The notes under the pieces: model-generated
What the model saw: the letters and a program-made list of their open reading frames with translations, nothing else
Databases searched by the model: none
What the model was told of the DNA's origin: nothing
Shown here: one piece after another, positions 1 to 12,784 of the stretch
How the letters are laid out: each line of letters begins with the position of its first letter
Position numbering within the stretch: the first letter of the stretch is position 1
Position numbers and translations under genes: made by a program
Assembly (NCBI RefSeq): GCF_009834535.1
Contig: NC_045697.1
Span: 68,574,001 to 68,638,000, forward strand
Reading direction: 5' to 3'
Origin: Camelus ferus
Lineage: Eukaryota
DNA: 64,000 nt

Positions 1-422
1 CCCTATTTCAAGCTCAGCAGGCGTCTTTGGTTCTGTTCAAGTGTGTGTGCCGTAGGGCACTTGTTCAACTCACTGCTATATCTGCCCTTCACAGGGAGGG
101 GCTCTTCCACTGCAGCGTGAGAGGGATGCGCATAGGAGAACTGCTCCACTTTGGCTGCTGAAAGAGACCTGCGGGCCGTAGGGAGCCGACCCACACTATA
201 GAAGCTGATCTTGCTCCGTGCCTTCTCTGTGTAAGTAAAGCATTGTTTCATCCGGTGCTCGATGCATTGCCTTCCTTTGACTCTCCGATACCAAGATGCA
301 ATGGGTAGAGGTGTTTGGATCTTGTTCCTGGTGGTTGTCACAGTGATGATCTCTGCTCTCTTCCGTGTAGCTGGGGAGTCTTCCCCTGGGACTGGGGACA
401 AGTGTATAGTGTTCTTCTGGAC
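1..422 (+). mobile_element. ERVL-class LTR, 3' part (MER54/MER74-like), cut by the window start
   Basis: Motifs gtaagtaaagcattgtttcatcc (variant polyA signal), ctccgataccaagatgca and ctggtggttgtcacagtgatgatct resemble recalled MER54/MER74 consensus. Confidence 0.6.
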
Positions 423-941
423 GTTAGGCCTCTTCTTCTCTCAAGCTGTTGGTATTGGGGCCTGAGGAATTTATGTTTTATTTTTGTTTAAGTCTTGTAC
501 TTCTGGTTAGATTCAGTTCCCCGTTGGCTTCAATTATTTGAGGGGAATATCTTCTTTCCTTCAGAAGCTGAGAGGCTAGAAATGTAGGGCTCTGTTTCTG
601 AAAACAGCGTTATGATTTGAGAATGATCTTTGGAGGATGTAATACATTTTTATTATCTTAGATGTTTATTCTTTAAATGGACTTTTGGTAGTTTAAAAAT
701 AAATAGCCATACGTCAATTTGGTTAAATAAAATTTGTGTGAACAAAGGGTAAAATGTTGTGATTACAGTCAGATAATGTGGCCCCAAGGGGAAGATACTG
801 ATTTCTTGGGGTGCCTTATGATCTGTTCCAAAGCAAAGTTCATAGCAGATTTCAAGCAATGACAGTCACTTTGGACTAGGTATACTACTCAGGGCACTAC
901 TTTGAAAAAGGTCATGTGTCTGAATCAGTAATTTGTTCTAG

Positions 942-1098
942 CCTAGGGCTTCTCACAATATAGTGTGCATACAGATGACTTGGAGATCTTATTAAAATAT
1001 AGGTTCTAATTCAGTAGATATGAAATAAAGCCTGAGATTCAGATTTCTACTCAGCTCCTAAGTGATGCCAACCCTTGGATCACAGTTTGAGTGGCAAT
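942..1098. mobile_element. MER5-like hAT-Charlie MITE
   Basis: ggagatcttattaaaat...ttcagtagat...gcctgagattc...gtgatgcc...cacagtttgagtggca follows the MER5 pattern. Confidence 0.65.
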
Positions 1099-1149
1099 GA
1101 TTTTGTCTTCTGGTCCAGGAAGTCAAAATGCCTGACTCCCAGCTTAGAA

Positions 1150-1580
1150 TAGCTAGCTTCCAGCATGGCCCTGCATGATCTGTCCCTCCTGGTATTAAAC
1201 CTTGTATGTTCCCCGACTTTGACCAATTATGACGGAAGTGATGTACCATTAGGTTACCAAAGGCACTGTGGCTTCTGCCTTGGTTTCTTATTTCTAGCTC
1301 AGATTCCTCACTGTGTGGACACTGTCATATCATGAACATCCATGTGGGGAGGCTGACCTGGTAAGGAACTGAGGCCTAAAGCCAACTGGCAGAGCAGAGC
1401 TGAGAGGGATTCAGAGGGGATCCTCCAACCCTGTTTAAGCCATCAGATGACTATAACCTCAGACACCAGTTTGCCTAAAACCTCATGAGAGACCCTGAGC
1501 CAGAACCAGCCAACTAAGCTGTTTCTGGGTTGCTAACCCTCAGAAACGCCTAAATAATGAAGGTTTATTATGTTAATTGG
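1150..1580 (+). mobile_element. MaLR LTR, MLT1F-like
   Basis: ggtaaggaactgaggcc, cagatgact, cctcatgagagaccctgagccagaacca and ctaagctg are MLT1F-type motifs. Confidence 0.75.
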
Positions 1581-1692
1581 GGAGTCCTTTCTTAAGGGAG
1601 TTGCACAAGTCACTTCACTTCTCTATCTGAAATACAATGGTGTCGGTGAATTTTGGAGAAACGAGAACCAGAACTTTTTATTTTGGGTGCTT

Positions 1693-2160
1693 TACTGGGT
1701 TTAATTGTGTCACCTCCCTATCCACACCCTCCTCATATGTTTAAATCCTAAGGCCAGGTACCTGTGAACATGACCTTATTTGGAAATAGGGCTTTGCAGA
1801 TGTAATCAAGTTAAGATGAGATCATTCTGGGTTAGGTTGGGCCCTATATCCAATGACTGGTGTCCTTACAAGGAGAGATTCTGAGGCACAGATACACAGG
1901 GAAGAAGGCCATGTGACAACAGAGGCAGAGAACAGGGCACTGTGGCTGGACAGGGAGTGATAATGATCTCCAGCAACCCCCAGAAGCCAGGAAAAGGCAA
2001 GGAAAGATTCTTACTCTCCAGAACTTTCAGTGAGAGCACAGCTCTGCTGACACCTTGATTTTAGACTTCCAGCCTCCTGAACTGTGAGAGAATGCATTTC
2101 AGTTGTATTAAGCCACACAGTTTATGATCATTTTTATGGCAGCTCCAGGAAACTAATACA
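1693..2160 (+). mobile_element. MaLR LTR, MLT1B/C-like
   Basis: gaccttatttggaaatagggctttgcagatgtaatcaagttaagatgag; acaccttgattttagacttccagcctcc; ends in the canonical aactaataca at 2151-2160. Confidence 0.85.
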
Positions 2161-4204
2161 AGTGCCCATCAGAATGATCTCTGAAACATCTAAAAATATA
2201 CATGCCATGTTCCCATTCTTACTCATGCACTGAATAAGAATCTCAAATTTTTGTTCATATAGCTGGAGCTCAGATATACGTGCTTTAGTTACAAAGCTTA
2301 TTATAATGTATAGGTGGTTGCAAATCACTGGACTATATGATTTTGAAGTCCTAACTTTAAAACTCAATGACTTCAAGTCCTGGTGGACTATTTTAAAAGA
2401 AAAAAAATGTAATATGTTAATTTATAGCCTACTTTAGTTATTCATGCAAACACATGAAAGCCATTTGCCATCGTTTGCAGGGATACAGGCATGAACTCAA
2501 TTAAATGTTTAGTACGTAGACATTCTAGGTGTTGAATTGTTCACATTAAATTGTTTTGGAGGTAATATCACTTTTAGAGGCAACTACATTTAAATATTTA
2601 AAGATTTATAATGATCCCAAACAAGAACAGCATATGGTTTTGTGCCTAGAAGTGCTCCACAAAGAATAACTGCCTGTATTTTGCTGCTGTTCTGAATTGT
2701 GTGATAAAGTGGCAAATTATCAGGATATGGCTCTTCAGTTTTTGCTAAAAGAATTGCTGAAAAAAACTGAACAGATGCCGGATATAAATAAATTTCATAA
2801 ACTCAGATATTTAGAGATCTTCTGTGGATTCTGGGCACCACTTGTAGAGATATATTTATGATGGCCTCGATGAAACAGTTATTTTATACTTTTCCAGGTC
2901 AGTGCAATGAGGTGAATCTCTCCTCCTAAAAAACACCATGGCAACATGGAGCCTGAATGTCAGTTTTTATCTGGCAGTAGGAGGGCAAACAAGCCGCAAA
3001 TCCCATACAGCCAGATCCTCGGTAGTCAGTCCTAATTGCCTTCCAACGTAATCCTGCTCTCCTTTTTCTGTTCTCTACTGGCATTACCCAAAGCATAGGA
3101 AGCAAAATTTCCCTACTAAAAATAGAGTTCTTAAATTCGTTTCTATGACTTACAGAAGAAGAGGTGATGCCAAAACAATATGACCACACAGATCTCAGTA
3201 CACTTGGTGAGGGTTTGGTGAGAAGGGCTGCCACTTCCACTGCATCCTCAAATTTACCAAAGAGGAAGATAAGGCCAGTGACGAGTGCCGTTCTTGGGAA
3301 ATTGAATTTAGAGCGGCTATCACTGCCACACTCAGGGTAATAATGGTTTAAAAAAAAAAAAAAATGAGAACACACAGAAAAGTTGAAAAGGGTAAGACTG
3401 TGTTTCTAACAACAGACACTCAGAGGGCAACTTTGGATTTATGATGATTTGTGCATATTCAGGCAGAAGGAGCCAGCATGCAGCAGAAGATGGAATTCAC
3501 ATGTGGGCTTCAATTAAGGCTATCAAAGAGCAACAAGGGACCAAGATACAGGGGTAGGAAGGTAATTAGACCTTACTCTTAACATTCCTTAATTGCAACC
3601 TTTATCAGTAGCAGATGGTAGGTGAGCTGGAATTTGGGGGAATAGCCACCTTTTTGACATTACCTCTAATTAAAAAGGCTTTCTCAGTTATCAGGACGAA
3701 CTTCGAAACCATTGTGTTTTTTTCCCAAGTCAATATTAACTTAGAAGGTGTGATAAAGTCTGCTCCCTTTCTGCCTATCATTTCCTCTAGCTGCTTCCAT
3801 CTGCTCTAAGATGAAACTATGAACTTTTCAATGATTCTAGTCTGGGCTGTGTGCTCAGGGGGCCCCAATGACTCATGAGTGTTATTTTTCACTGGATAAC
3901 TTTTAGGGGAGAACCATCCTCACCGCACCACTGAGATAGACCTGGGAGAGTGTAAAATGGGCTCTAATAGGTCAGACCACCATTATGTCACAACATAGGA
4001 ATTTGATACAAAACAACAATGAAGCAAAACATTGCTACTTAGCATTAAGCTTGAATGCAATACTGTTTTGGAAGAAGAAACCATCCCAGGCCAATATAAG
4101 ACTAGTGCAAACCAGCTGAAGATGTTTGTTTACCTCTTGACAAATCCCTTGACAAGACTCCAGTGTTAGATAATGATTCTGCCTAAAGTCTTTTTCTTAA
4201 AGGT

Positions 4205-4256
4205 CTGATAGGTGTCTCTGTTAAATGCCTCTGATAAATGTACCTGATAATGACAT
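4205..4256. repeat. Degenerate 13-bp tandem repeat x4 carrying GATA motifs
   Basis: Units ctgataggtgtct / ctgttaaatgcct / ctgataaatgtac / ctgataatgacat start at 4205, 4218, 4231 and 4244. Confidence 0.6.
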
Positions 4257-4308
4257 GATCACTTTGATAGCTTCTCTTTTTGTAGAACATATGTCAGTTA
4301 CTCTATGG

Positions 4309-4493
4309 CAGTGATTCTCAGTGTGGTCCTCAAACCAACAGTGTCAGCATCACTGGGGAAGTTATTAGTAATGCAGATTCTCAGGCCTCATCCCAGATCC
4401 ACTGAATCAGAAACCCTGGGGTGGGGGGGGTAAAGCTCAGAAATCTGTGTTAACAAGCCCTCCAGTGTTTCTGATGGAAACTAACGTTTGAGG
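4309..4493. mobile_element. MER5A hAT-Charlie MITE
   Basis: cagtgattctca start; atgcagattctcaggcctcatcccagatccactgaatcagaaacc; ttaacaagccctccag. Confidence 0.85.
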
Positions 4494-4524
4494 CTATATT
4501 AGGTGGAGACACCAGTTATGGGTG

Positions 4525-4738
4525 ATGCCCGTCTACCACACTAAACATTTTATAAGCATTATGTCAGTTAAGCCTCACAATTACCATGAATATCAAGTTT
4601 TATCATTTCTCACATTGTGTAGGTCAAGAAGCAAAGATTTAATCACTGTAAAGTAACTTGACCAAAGTTGTGGAATTAACAAGTGGGAGATTTCTAACCG
4701 CATGCTGACCAGTTTAAAGCTCATATTCTGAACCACTG
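4525..4738 (-). mobile_element. MIR SINE remnant
   Basis: aagtaacttgaccaaagt core and flanks match the reverse complement of MIR. Confidence 0.6.
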
Positions 4739-5719
4739 AAGAATATCCAAGCAGAAACAGACAAGACAAGAACTTCCCCAGTGCTGTGCAAAGACACACT
4801 CTAGGCACTACAGAAAAGTCAACTGTAGGCCCCAAACAGAAAAGGCTACATAGAACTTTTCAAAAAACAAGCAAACAAAAACAAGGCTCTGAGGTTAGTA
4901 ATTGACCTAATGGTGAGGAAAAATGACTTTCCTTATAGACAAAAATTTCTGTATTGTGGAATACAATAGCTTTACCCCCATTTTACAGCATGATTTAAGG
5001 TTGTATTAATAAGCATTTTCCCAATTTTCAGTTGGGAAGCCACTAATCTGAAACTTTTAAGTTATAGTTTTGGAAATTGTGACAGGTGGCTCCCACATCC
5101 CATCTTTACTCCATCTAATGACCATAGGAAAGTAATATACGTTAGCTTCATTCAGGACCACCTGTAACACATTGTATTTCAGTGTTAATCATTCAATTTA
5201 AAAAAACTTGATGAAAGCATTTAAAAACCAATTCAGTATTTGTTTTTTGGATTTGTGTTAAGGAAACATTGAGTATATTATTCAGTGTCCCTCTGAGGAC
5301 CTACATTAAACAAGACTTTAATATGACTTTTCCATAAAGATGATTCATGGAGAATCATTAGTTCTGCAAGATTTTAGTGAGTCTTCCAGAAAACGTTGTT
5401 CTGCTGTTGAGTGGGTCTGCAAATACCAGGTCACACCTGGTTATACTTATGCCCTCATTGTACATCACAGAGCCATTAGCATACTGATAACGCTTGTGAA
5501 TTTCCAAAGATATAACATGGGTAAAGTTCCCCAGTTCATTAAGCCATGGATCCTTTTTTGAGTGATCATTCTGAGAGACTAGAGTTCTCCAGAATAAGTG
5601 CAAAAACACCTTTTTATAATTAAATACCAGGAGGAATGTCTTCTCGAGGTATCATTATGCTCCATTTTTGCACTACTTTCTGAAACTCAGAATCAAGTCA
5701 GATATTCAGTTGTGCAGAG

Positions 5720-5985
5720 CCATAGCAGAATGTGGAGGAAAAGCATTCCTTCCAAAGCCTGTCTACCAACACTCAAATTCCAGTTCTACCTGTTGTTAGT
5801 TGTGTGCCTGTAACGAGGTACTTAAACTCTCTGTGTCTCAGTTCCCTCAACTGGAAAATGTTATTTCTTTTTCAATAAGAGCAACCTCTTTGGAGTTCTT
5901 TTTTTTTTTTTTTTAATTAAGATTTGAAAAGGACTTAGAAGAGTACCTGGCATATGGTTAAAACTGCATGAGCATTTGTTAACTA
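5720..5985 (+). mobile_element. MIR SINE remnant
   Basis: Core tacttaaactctctgtgtctcagttccctcaactggaaaatg; tail ttagaagagtacctggcatatggt. Confidence 0.7.
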
Positions 5986-7735
5986 GCCATTAAACTAGCT
6001 CTCTTGGGGCTAATGCTGTTGCTTTCTTTTTTGATCCACCTCCTGCTTGTTGGCATCTATTTCTCCTTTATTAATTTGAAGGTACCCAAGTCACTTGTGG
6101 GTGGCATACTTTTTTGGAATTATATAAATAATTAAGGGTATGTTTCAAAATGAAGCAGATGGGATAAAAAGGAACTTTCAAAATAAACCTGATCAATCAG
6201 TGTTTCTGAGCATAGGGAAATACGTGCTCCATCAGTTTAATATGAATATAGTTAATGGAGACCTTCCAGAGGACTTGATTGGTCATTGGAGGTGACACAC
6301 CTCCAAACTCAGTATCATCTAACTCTACTTGCTCTGACCTTAGTTTCCCAGGAAGACTTTCCTACTGGGATAGCTATTATGGGAATATTCCTCTTAACAG
6401 TATTTTGGTTTGTCTCTTGTTTTCTGACATTGGGTGGTGTATGTTAATTGACCAGAGTTTGAACACCTTGGGTAAACTGACAGAAGTGTGTTTTCATACT
6501 GACAAGTGTAAGAGGTAGGAAAAGTTGCGGACGAAGCTGAAACAGAAGCAGTGCCCAAGACCAGGGGTCATGGTCTTCATTTTACTAGCGAGTCAACTCT
6601 GCTTTCATTCCAAGGGCTCCACAGACACTTGCTGCCAGAGTGCTGTGCTTTACAAGTAGATCTGGTGATGAAGGCATGTTATTTGAAGAAATGGAGAAAA
6701 AGCATTTGCCACCTGACAACTACAATTGTGAGACAATAATTAAGATGGAGACCAGGTTTGGAACCTGCAAGTGTTAATGAAGATTTATTCACTCATGACA
6801 TTTGACCAGACCTACAGGGTGGATTCTTAGGTTTCATTAGTTAAAGACATAAAGTGGTCTGTCTGATTAAAAAGGGGGAAAACAGTAAGGAGCACCCATG
6901 AATTATTATAGCTCAATTAGGTGCAGACAGTTTAGTGAGTGTTTATTACTAGTACAAAGGAAGATTTTCCAATTAGATTAAAAGGTTTTGAAAACAACAG
7001 TTATAGTCACAGTGATTTAGACCAATTGCTAGAATAATGCATCGTGAGAAGCTTTATTGATTAAAAGTAAATTGATAAGTTATTTGTAGTGTTCACGGTT
7101 TTTCAGTAGAACCCCTGCTATGAAGTACAATTTCCATCACAAGATCAATGAGCAGAGTGGGCTAATTTCTTCTTGCTCTGAAAATTGGTAAGAATATAAA
7201 GGGCAATGCTGAAAATACCAGCATGATTTATACAGGTTAATCATCAAGAAAGTGACATCGCATAAGTCATTGGGAAGCTACCTTCCCAGACTGGGCCCTT
7301 TAGGCTGATTTCACTGTCAAAAGTTGGGCCAAAGAAAGAGAAAATGAAACTTAGGATTTGTTCAAAGCCTTTAGCTCACTGAGCTGTCATAATCTGTTGT
7401 AAAACCTAGAAATGGCAAGAAATCAAAGGGAAGTTGCATAGATGCCTTCTCTGATAGTGCCCACTAGAATCTATGGCAGTAATTTGGTGGGATGAAGTCT
7501 AAGATGCAGGTAGCTCATATGTCTTTGTCTTGAAGTATCGTTTTGACTTCTGGGTGTGCTGGAAACGCCCTCCACTTGGCCAGAGGTCTTGGAGTAGGTG
7601 TTTCATTGGCCACAGACTACCACTTTCTCACTATGTGATTAAATATGAAAAGAAGAAAAGTGAGCAAAGAAATGATAGCTGAGCTTCTGGATTCTGCAGA
7701 TGCAAGCAGTACGAATGTATGGTATATGCAGATAT

Positions 7736-8366
7736 TGATGCAGGAAAAACGGATGTGGGGCGTGAGGAGAGCCATATCCCAGGCTTCAGTTGAGCCCCTG
7801 GGACATGCCCCGCCAAGTGTGGGTCCTTGGCTTCACACAGGAAAGAATTCAAGAGCGAGCCACAGTTGAGTGAAGGTAGATTTATTCAGAGAGATACACT
7901 GAAAGGCAAGAGAAAGGCCACAAGGTGTGGGGGGTTGGGTGCTCAGATTAAAAGTGGGTACACACACTATAGGCAGAGCATGGGCCATCTCCGAAGAGGG
8001 AGAGAGAGGGCAGACGTGAGGCACCATGTTGCCAGTTTTTACGGGCTCAGGGGCTTCATATACTAATACGTGGAAGGACCAATCTAACTAGCCTGGGGAA
8101 GGGGCTGGGATTCCCAGGAATTTGGCCATTTCCCACTCTTTGACCTTTTGTGACTAGCCTTGGGACTGCCATGGTGTCTGTGGGTGTGTTATTCACCATG
8201 CTAATGTATTACAGTGGGCATATAATGAAGCTCAAGGTCTACTGGATGTCAAATCTCCCACCATCTTGAGCCTCAAGGCCTATTGGGGGTTGAATCTTTC
8301 ACTATTTTGATGTTAATTGCTGTAGCATTCCTTGAAAGGCTGTGCCCTGCCCCCTTTTGTGTCTCA
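7736..8366 (-). mobile_element. Solo ERV1-class LTR (631 bp), probably lineage-specific
   Basis: TG...CA termini; perfect 4-bp TSD atat at 7732-7735 and 8367-8370; minus-strand AATAAA at 7881-7886; gtccttggcttcacacaggaaagaattcaag is a U5-type motif. Confidence 0.85.
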
Positions 8367-8754
8367 ATATAATGATGTATATTACCAATATTCTGCAAAA
8401 GAATGGGATAAACAAGTACTGTTTTCCTTAAAACTCTTGCTCTTTAAAAAGTAGTTTAGAGATAAACCCTATCTGGTTTTCATTTCCTTATTGAATGTAC
8501 TGAATTTGTCTTTCTAATAGATTTGCTCCCTTGTGGTTCTATTCTTTCTCATCCACTTTTTCTTTTATTTCCTAACCGAAATTTCAAAGCTAGCAGCTAA
8601 GGGCAGAATAAGATAACAAACTAGCATTCCATCTGTTGTGACATTTAGTATTTGCTTTTCCTGAGAAATTGCTTAGTGAATCAATTTCATATTAGCATTA
8701 AGAAATTAAAATCTTTGTTCACATGAGACACACACGTCTGTTTCCCCTGATTCT

Positions 8755-9547
8755 GGAATCCAGTTGCCTTGTTTGAAAACTGAACTGTTCTTCTTAGCTG
8801 TATGTGTGTGACATTGGATGAGTCTCTTAATGTCTCTAAAGATCAGTTTGCTTGTCTGTTAAATGGCGATGATAGTTTTTAACACATATTGTTGCCGAAA
8901 GATCGGCTGCCGTCCCGGATGAACCAAATAACTCAGAGACAAGGTCTGGGAGCTCAGAAAAAAAGAGGCAATTTTATTGCTTTGCCAGGCAAAGGAGACT
9001 TGCAGCAGGCTAGTGCCTTCAAAACTGGAAGCCCACCTTGGGGATGGGGTTGGGTGGTTATATAGCCATAGCTCAAACAATACAGCATCGATAACAGTCA
9101 ACAGAATCATATGCTCATCAGAAGACAGAATGGCATCATGATGCCTCCAGGCAACCAGTTAGCAGTTCGATTTCTTCATCTCGTAAGCACTCAAGATGTG
9201 GTCTTCTTGGTAATTCAGGCTATTTTGTAAGGTTATAGTCCTGTGACCCAGGAGAAGGACTCAGAGACCAAGCATGATTATTACTTTCAATGACTGGAAT
9301 AAAATAGAAACAGTAAGATCAATAGCTTTAGTTTTAACAATGGGCCTGGAACTGTGAGTAGCAACTGGTCAGTCAGGTCAGTTGACCGTTTTAAGTGCGA
9401 GCATAAGAATGAGCAGCCTGTTAGCCTAAGTGCGGTCATTTTATTAATCCTCCTTCAAAATAACTGGTAAAAGGAATAATTGGGAGAATATATGTGAAGT
9501 GCTCATCACAATACCTGATACATAGGGAGTACTCAATAAATGTTACT
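8755..9547 (+). mobile_element. MIR SINE split by an LTR insertion (halves ~8755-8889 and ~9462-9547)
   Basis: Core gtgtgacattggatgagtctcttaatgtctct...ctgttaaatgg lies left of the LTR; tail gtgctcatcacaatacctgatacatagggagtactcaataaatgtt lies right of it. Confidence 0.65.
8890..9457 (-). mobile_element. Solo ERV1 (gamma-like) LTR (568 bp)
   Basis: Minus strand starts TGAAGG and ends CAACA; TATA-like CTATATAA at 9058-9065 and AATAAA at 8973-8978 on the minus strand; flanks atat/aaat (3/4 TSD match). Confidence 0.8.
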
Positions 9548-10914
9548 TTTCTTATTCTCATATTTTTCTATAACTACACTGTATAATAATTTACTAGTGC
9601 AATTTAACATGTTCCAGTTTATCACATCATTTCTAAAACTGTCATTAAATTCATTCTGACTGCATTTTCCTATGTACAGAAGAAATACATATACAGAAGC
9701 AGAAAATTCAGTCTCATTGCCTTTAAAGTGAATAGTCTTGAGAGAAAGGTGCAACAAACACTACTCTAAGCTGGTCCACATACTCAGAAGTTCAGAGGTT
9801 AGAATAATATCAAATTAGTCACGAATACACTGCCTGAGGAATCCGCATCCTTCAAGGGATTAATCTGGGTAACCAAGTGCAGTAAGTGTCCCTTTGTACT
9901 AGCTGGACAATCACTTTAAGCAGACAAGTCAGTGATTGGTAAAAGATATTAGTTAAACTAGCTAGTCTGTATTGTTTGTATATGAACAGAAGAAAGGAGG
10001 GAGAAAAAAAGAGCCATGAACAGAAGCTAGCAGAAAATTGAGAGCCAAAGACCCCGACCAGAGATCAGGAAAAGAACAGCCATTATTCATGTACTAAGTA
10101 CATGAGTCAATAATTGTTTCCTCGTTGTAAACTGTGAAAAACCACCGAGAACTCTATTGCCAGCTTCCTGGAAGAGCATATAGCCTAGTTAAGCTGGACT
10201 TCCTACTGAGAGCATTTGGAATCAATACTTTCTTTGGTCTTGCTAATAATCACTTTTCACGGAAATAAATATCTTGTAGAAAATGGCCTAAGTTTTTCCC
10301 CGTTACTGACTTCTACCTTCAAATGGAGATATTTTGACTAATGAAATTAAAACAGCACATTCATTTCATTTCTGACTCCAGGTAAACACCTATTTAGGTT
10401 CTGGGACATCGCATAAGAGCTACCCAGAGCACATTTATTGAGATTTACTCTTTCATAGAGAATGCTGAGTTGCCACAAACTCACAATATTTGGGTCTGAG
10501 AACACGAGGCTATGGACAGCCAATTCTGCTACTGAAACAGATTTGATTCCCTTTCCAATATGCATGTTGAAATGAAACAAGTAGCCTTATACTGAACATC
10601 ACTAGCACTCTGAACGATACACTTGGAAACTAACAGTAACATTCTATCATCTAATCCTGCCCGTGATGTCTTTGAAATAGCACATAGATTCATTCTATCA
10701 TTCCTATTTACAATTTTCATTTTCATTCTGTGCCATTATTTCTTGTATTCTAAACTGAAGCAGTTATCTCGTGAGGGACTACTGCTTCCATTTTCTCTTC
10801 ATTCAAATCTATGATCCTCAACCTTTTGTGCACTACCATTTGCTGAGCACTATGTAAGTTTTGACACTCAGAATCTCATCTCATCCTCACAGTCACCCGG
10901 AGAGTTAGGAGATG

Positions 10915-11399
10915 ATAATATGGATTGGCTCTTTCAACATTTAATCTTTTTCCTAGTGTACCTTCCTGGGCTGGAAGCTGGGAAAGTTAAATGCCACATT
11001 CCCCAGATTCATTTCCAGCTAAGGTTTCAGTGCAGCGTTCGTGTGTATTCATGCAAAACTTGAATCAGAACTGAGTGAAGTCAAAGAGATGCAGAACTGG
11101 AGGTGTCTGTTTTCTGTTACAAACTGTAGCAGAGATGTCGTGACTCTGGATCTGAGTGATGTGGTGGTGACTTCTTGATAAAGCAGTGGCTTCTGATCAT
11201 GGCGGGAGCAACAGTTTCTATGTTAGTCCAGTTCTGCAGTGTGGCTTTGGGCATCATTTTTAAAAACTCCACATAAAGAATGTTTTCTTCAGTCTGGCCA
11301 GTGCTTCCAAAGGCCATTCACTATTCTGTAGTAACTCTTTCCATGCTTAAAGTAGGCAGAGTGGATTATGGTAAGTGCAAATAAGCACTGAACTCTGTA
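10915..11399 (+). mobile_element. ERVL LTR, LTR33-like, nested in a minus-strand MIR (~10820-11530)
   Basis: cacattccccagattcatttccagctaagg; cagttctgcagtgtggctttggg; tgcttaaagtaggcagagtggatt tail; MIR-like sequence on both sides. Confidence 0.65.
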
Positions 11400-12080
11400 G
11401 GTAAATTATATTCCCACTGTCTATTTGAGGTAGAGTAGTTAAATGTCTGCTAAATTTATACAGATAGTAAGTAATGGTTTAGGATTTAAATCCAGCAAAA
11501 CTATATGAGACATTGCTTTTAACCACTATGGCATAAAGTGTTCTATTCACTGCACTATTCTCTCTATAAATTCCTTCTACAAGATGAAATCCACTTACCT
11601 TTTATTGTCACCAAAAACCATTTTTAGTTTAGTTCCTCTTCTGATTTTGCTTTTGCTTTTCTCCTCCAAAGCACTCCATGCTCTAGTCATGCTGAACTTA
11701 CTCCTGGCCTTGCCCTGCTATCTTGTTTTTCACTCTAATTCTTTCATCTGGAATTCTTTTCATTCACTTTTCTTACCCCAACACTATACATACATTCCTG
11801 AACTGTCTGTTCCTGTGAGAAAAATGTAGTCCTTAAAGATCGTTCCTTTTTAATCCCACATCACTTGCAGTATATCATTGCCTTGATAATTGAACATAAT
11901 GCCTTATATCTCACTTATCATTATCTTATATATTGACTTTTTAAACCTGTGTCCACTTTATCTCATGGCTAAATCAGAAGGTTTTCGATAAATGAACTTC
12001 TTATAGTTCACTGAATCCTCCTCCTCAACCATATAGATACCCTGGTGTCTTGCTGCTTTTATTTATATAATAATTTTAAG

Positions 12081-12250
12081 GTGATGGTTTTTAAGCTGAA
12101 GCTCTCACAAGGATTCCCTAAAGAGCTTCTTAAAACTATAGGTTCCTGAGCCCCATCCCCAAAAGTTCTTATTCAGTGGAGCTGAGATCTGGGAATTTGA
12201 ATTTTTGACAAACTCCCAGGTGATGTAAATGCTGCTAATCCTGGAACTGT
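12081..12250. mobile_element. MER5A-like MITE
   Basis: gagcttcttaaaact...cctgagccccatcccc...attcagt...ttgacaaactcccaggtgatg. Confidence 0.7.
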
Positions 12251-12784
12251 GTCAGCCCTATGGTAAGAATAATGGCCATTCCTATAAAACTTTAAAATTC
12301 TTTTCACAAGTACCATTTTATTTAACCCCCCACAATAGCTCTCTTAGGATTCTCGTATTATCCAATTTTAAAAATTAAGAAAGGATATGTATGAAGTTTA
12401 AATGATCCCCCTGGTCACAATGCTTGTAAGTAGCAGGACTAGATTTCTAGCTCAAATTCATTAATTTTAAGCTCTATTCTTTTTCTTGACATCATAATGC
12501 TACTCCCTTCTCTTGAAACTGGAAAATAATTTATAGTAAATTATTTCTTATAATAGTTTTTATTTCTTGCCGTCAAAAGAACTTTTGGAACTCAAAAATT
12601 TTCTTATCATAGGGTAGAATTATTTACTAATACTTGGTTATGCTAACTTGATGTCAAGTGAATGAATAAAACAGTTTTCTACAACTGATCAAATGAAAAC
12701 TTACAGAAGATAAAGGAAAATGGAAAGGAAACAGAAAGAAAGCATATATTCAATTATATTTTAGAAGATTCTAGAAAACTGCAC

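Noticed and set aside
3..401. 132-aa minus-strand ORF
   Set aside because: Lies wholly within an LTR fossil and has no recognisable domain.
7645..8066. Cluster of 64-79 aa ORFs
   Set aside because: They overlap or run into the GC-richer solo LTR and look like chance frames.
9760..10330. Possible very old LTR (AATAAA near 10265)
   Set aside because: I could not define termini, a TSD or a family from sequence alone.
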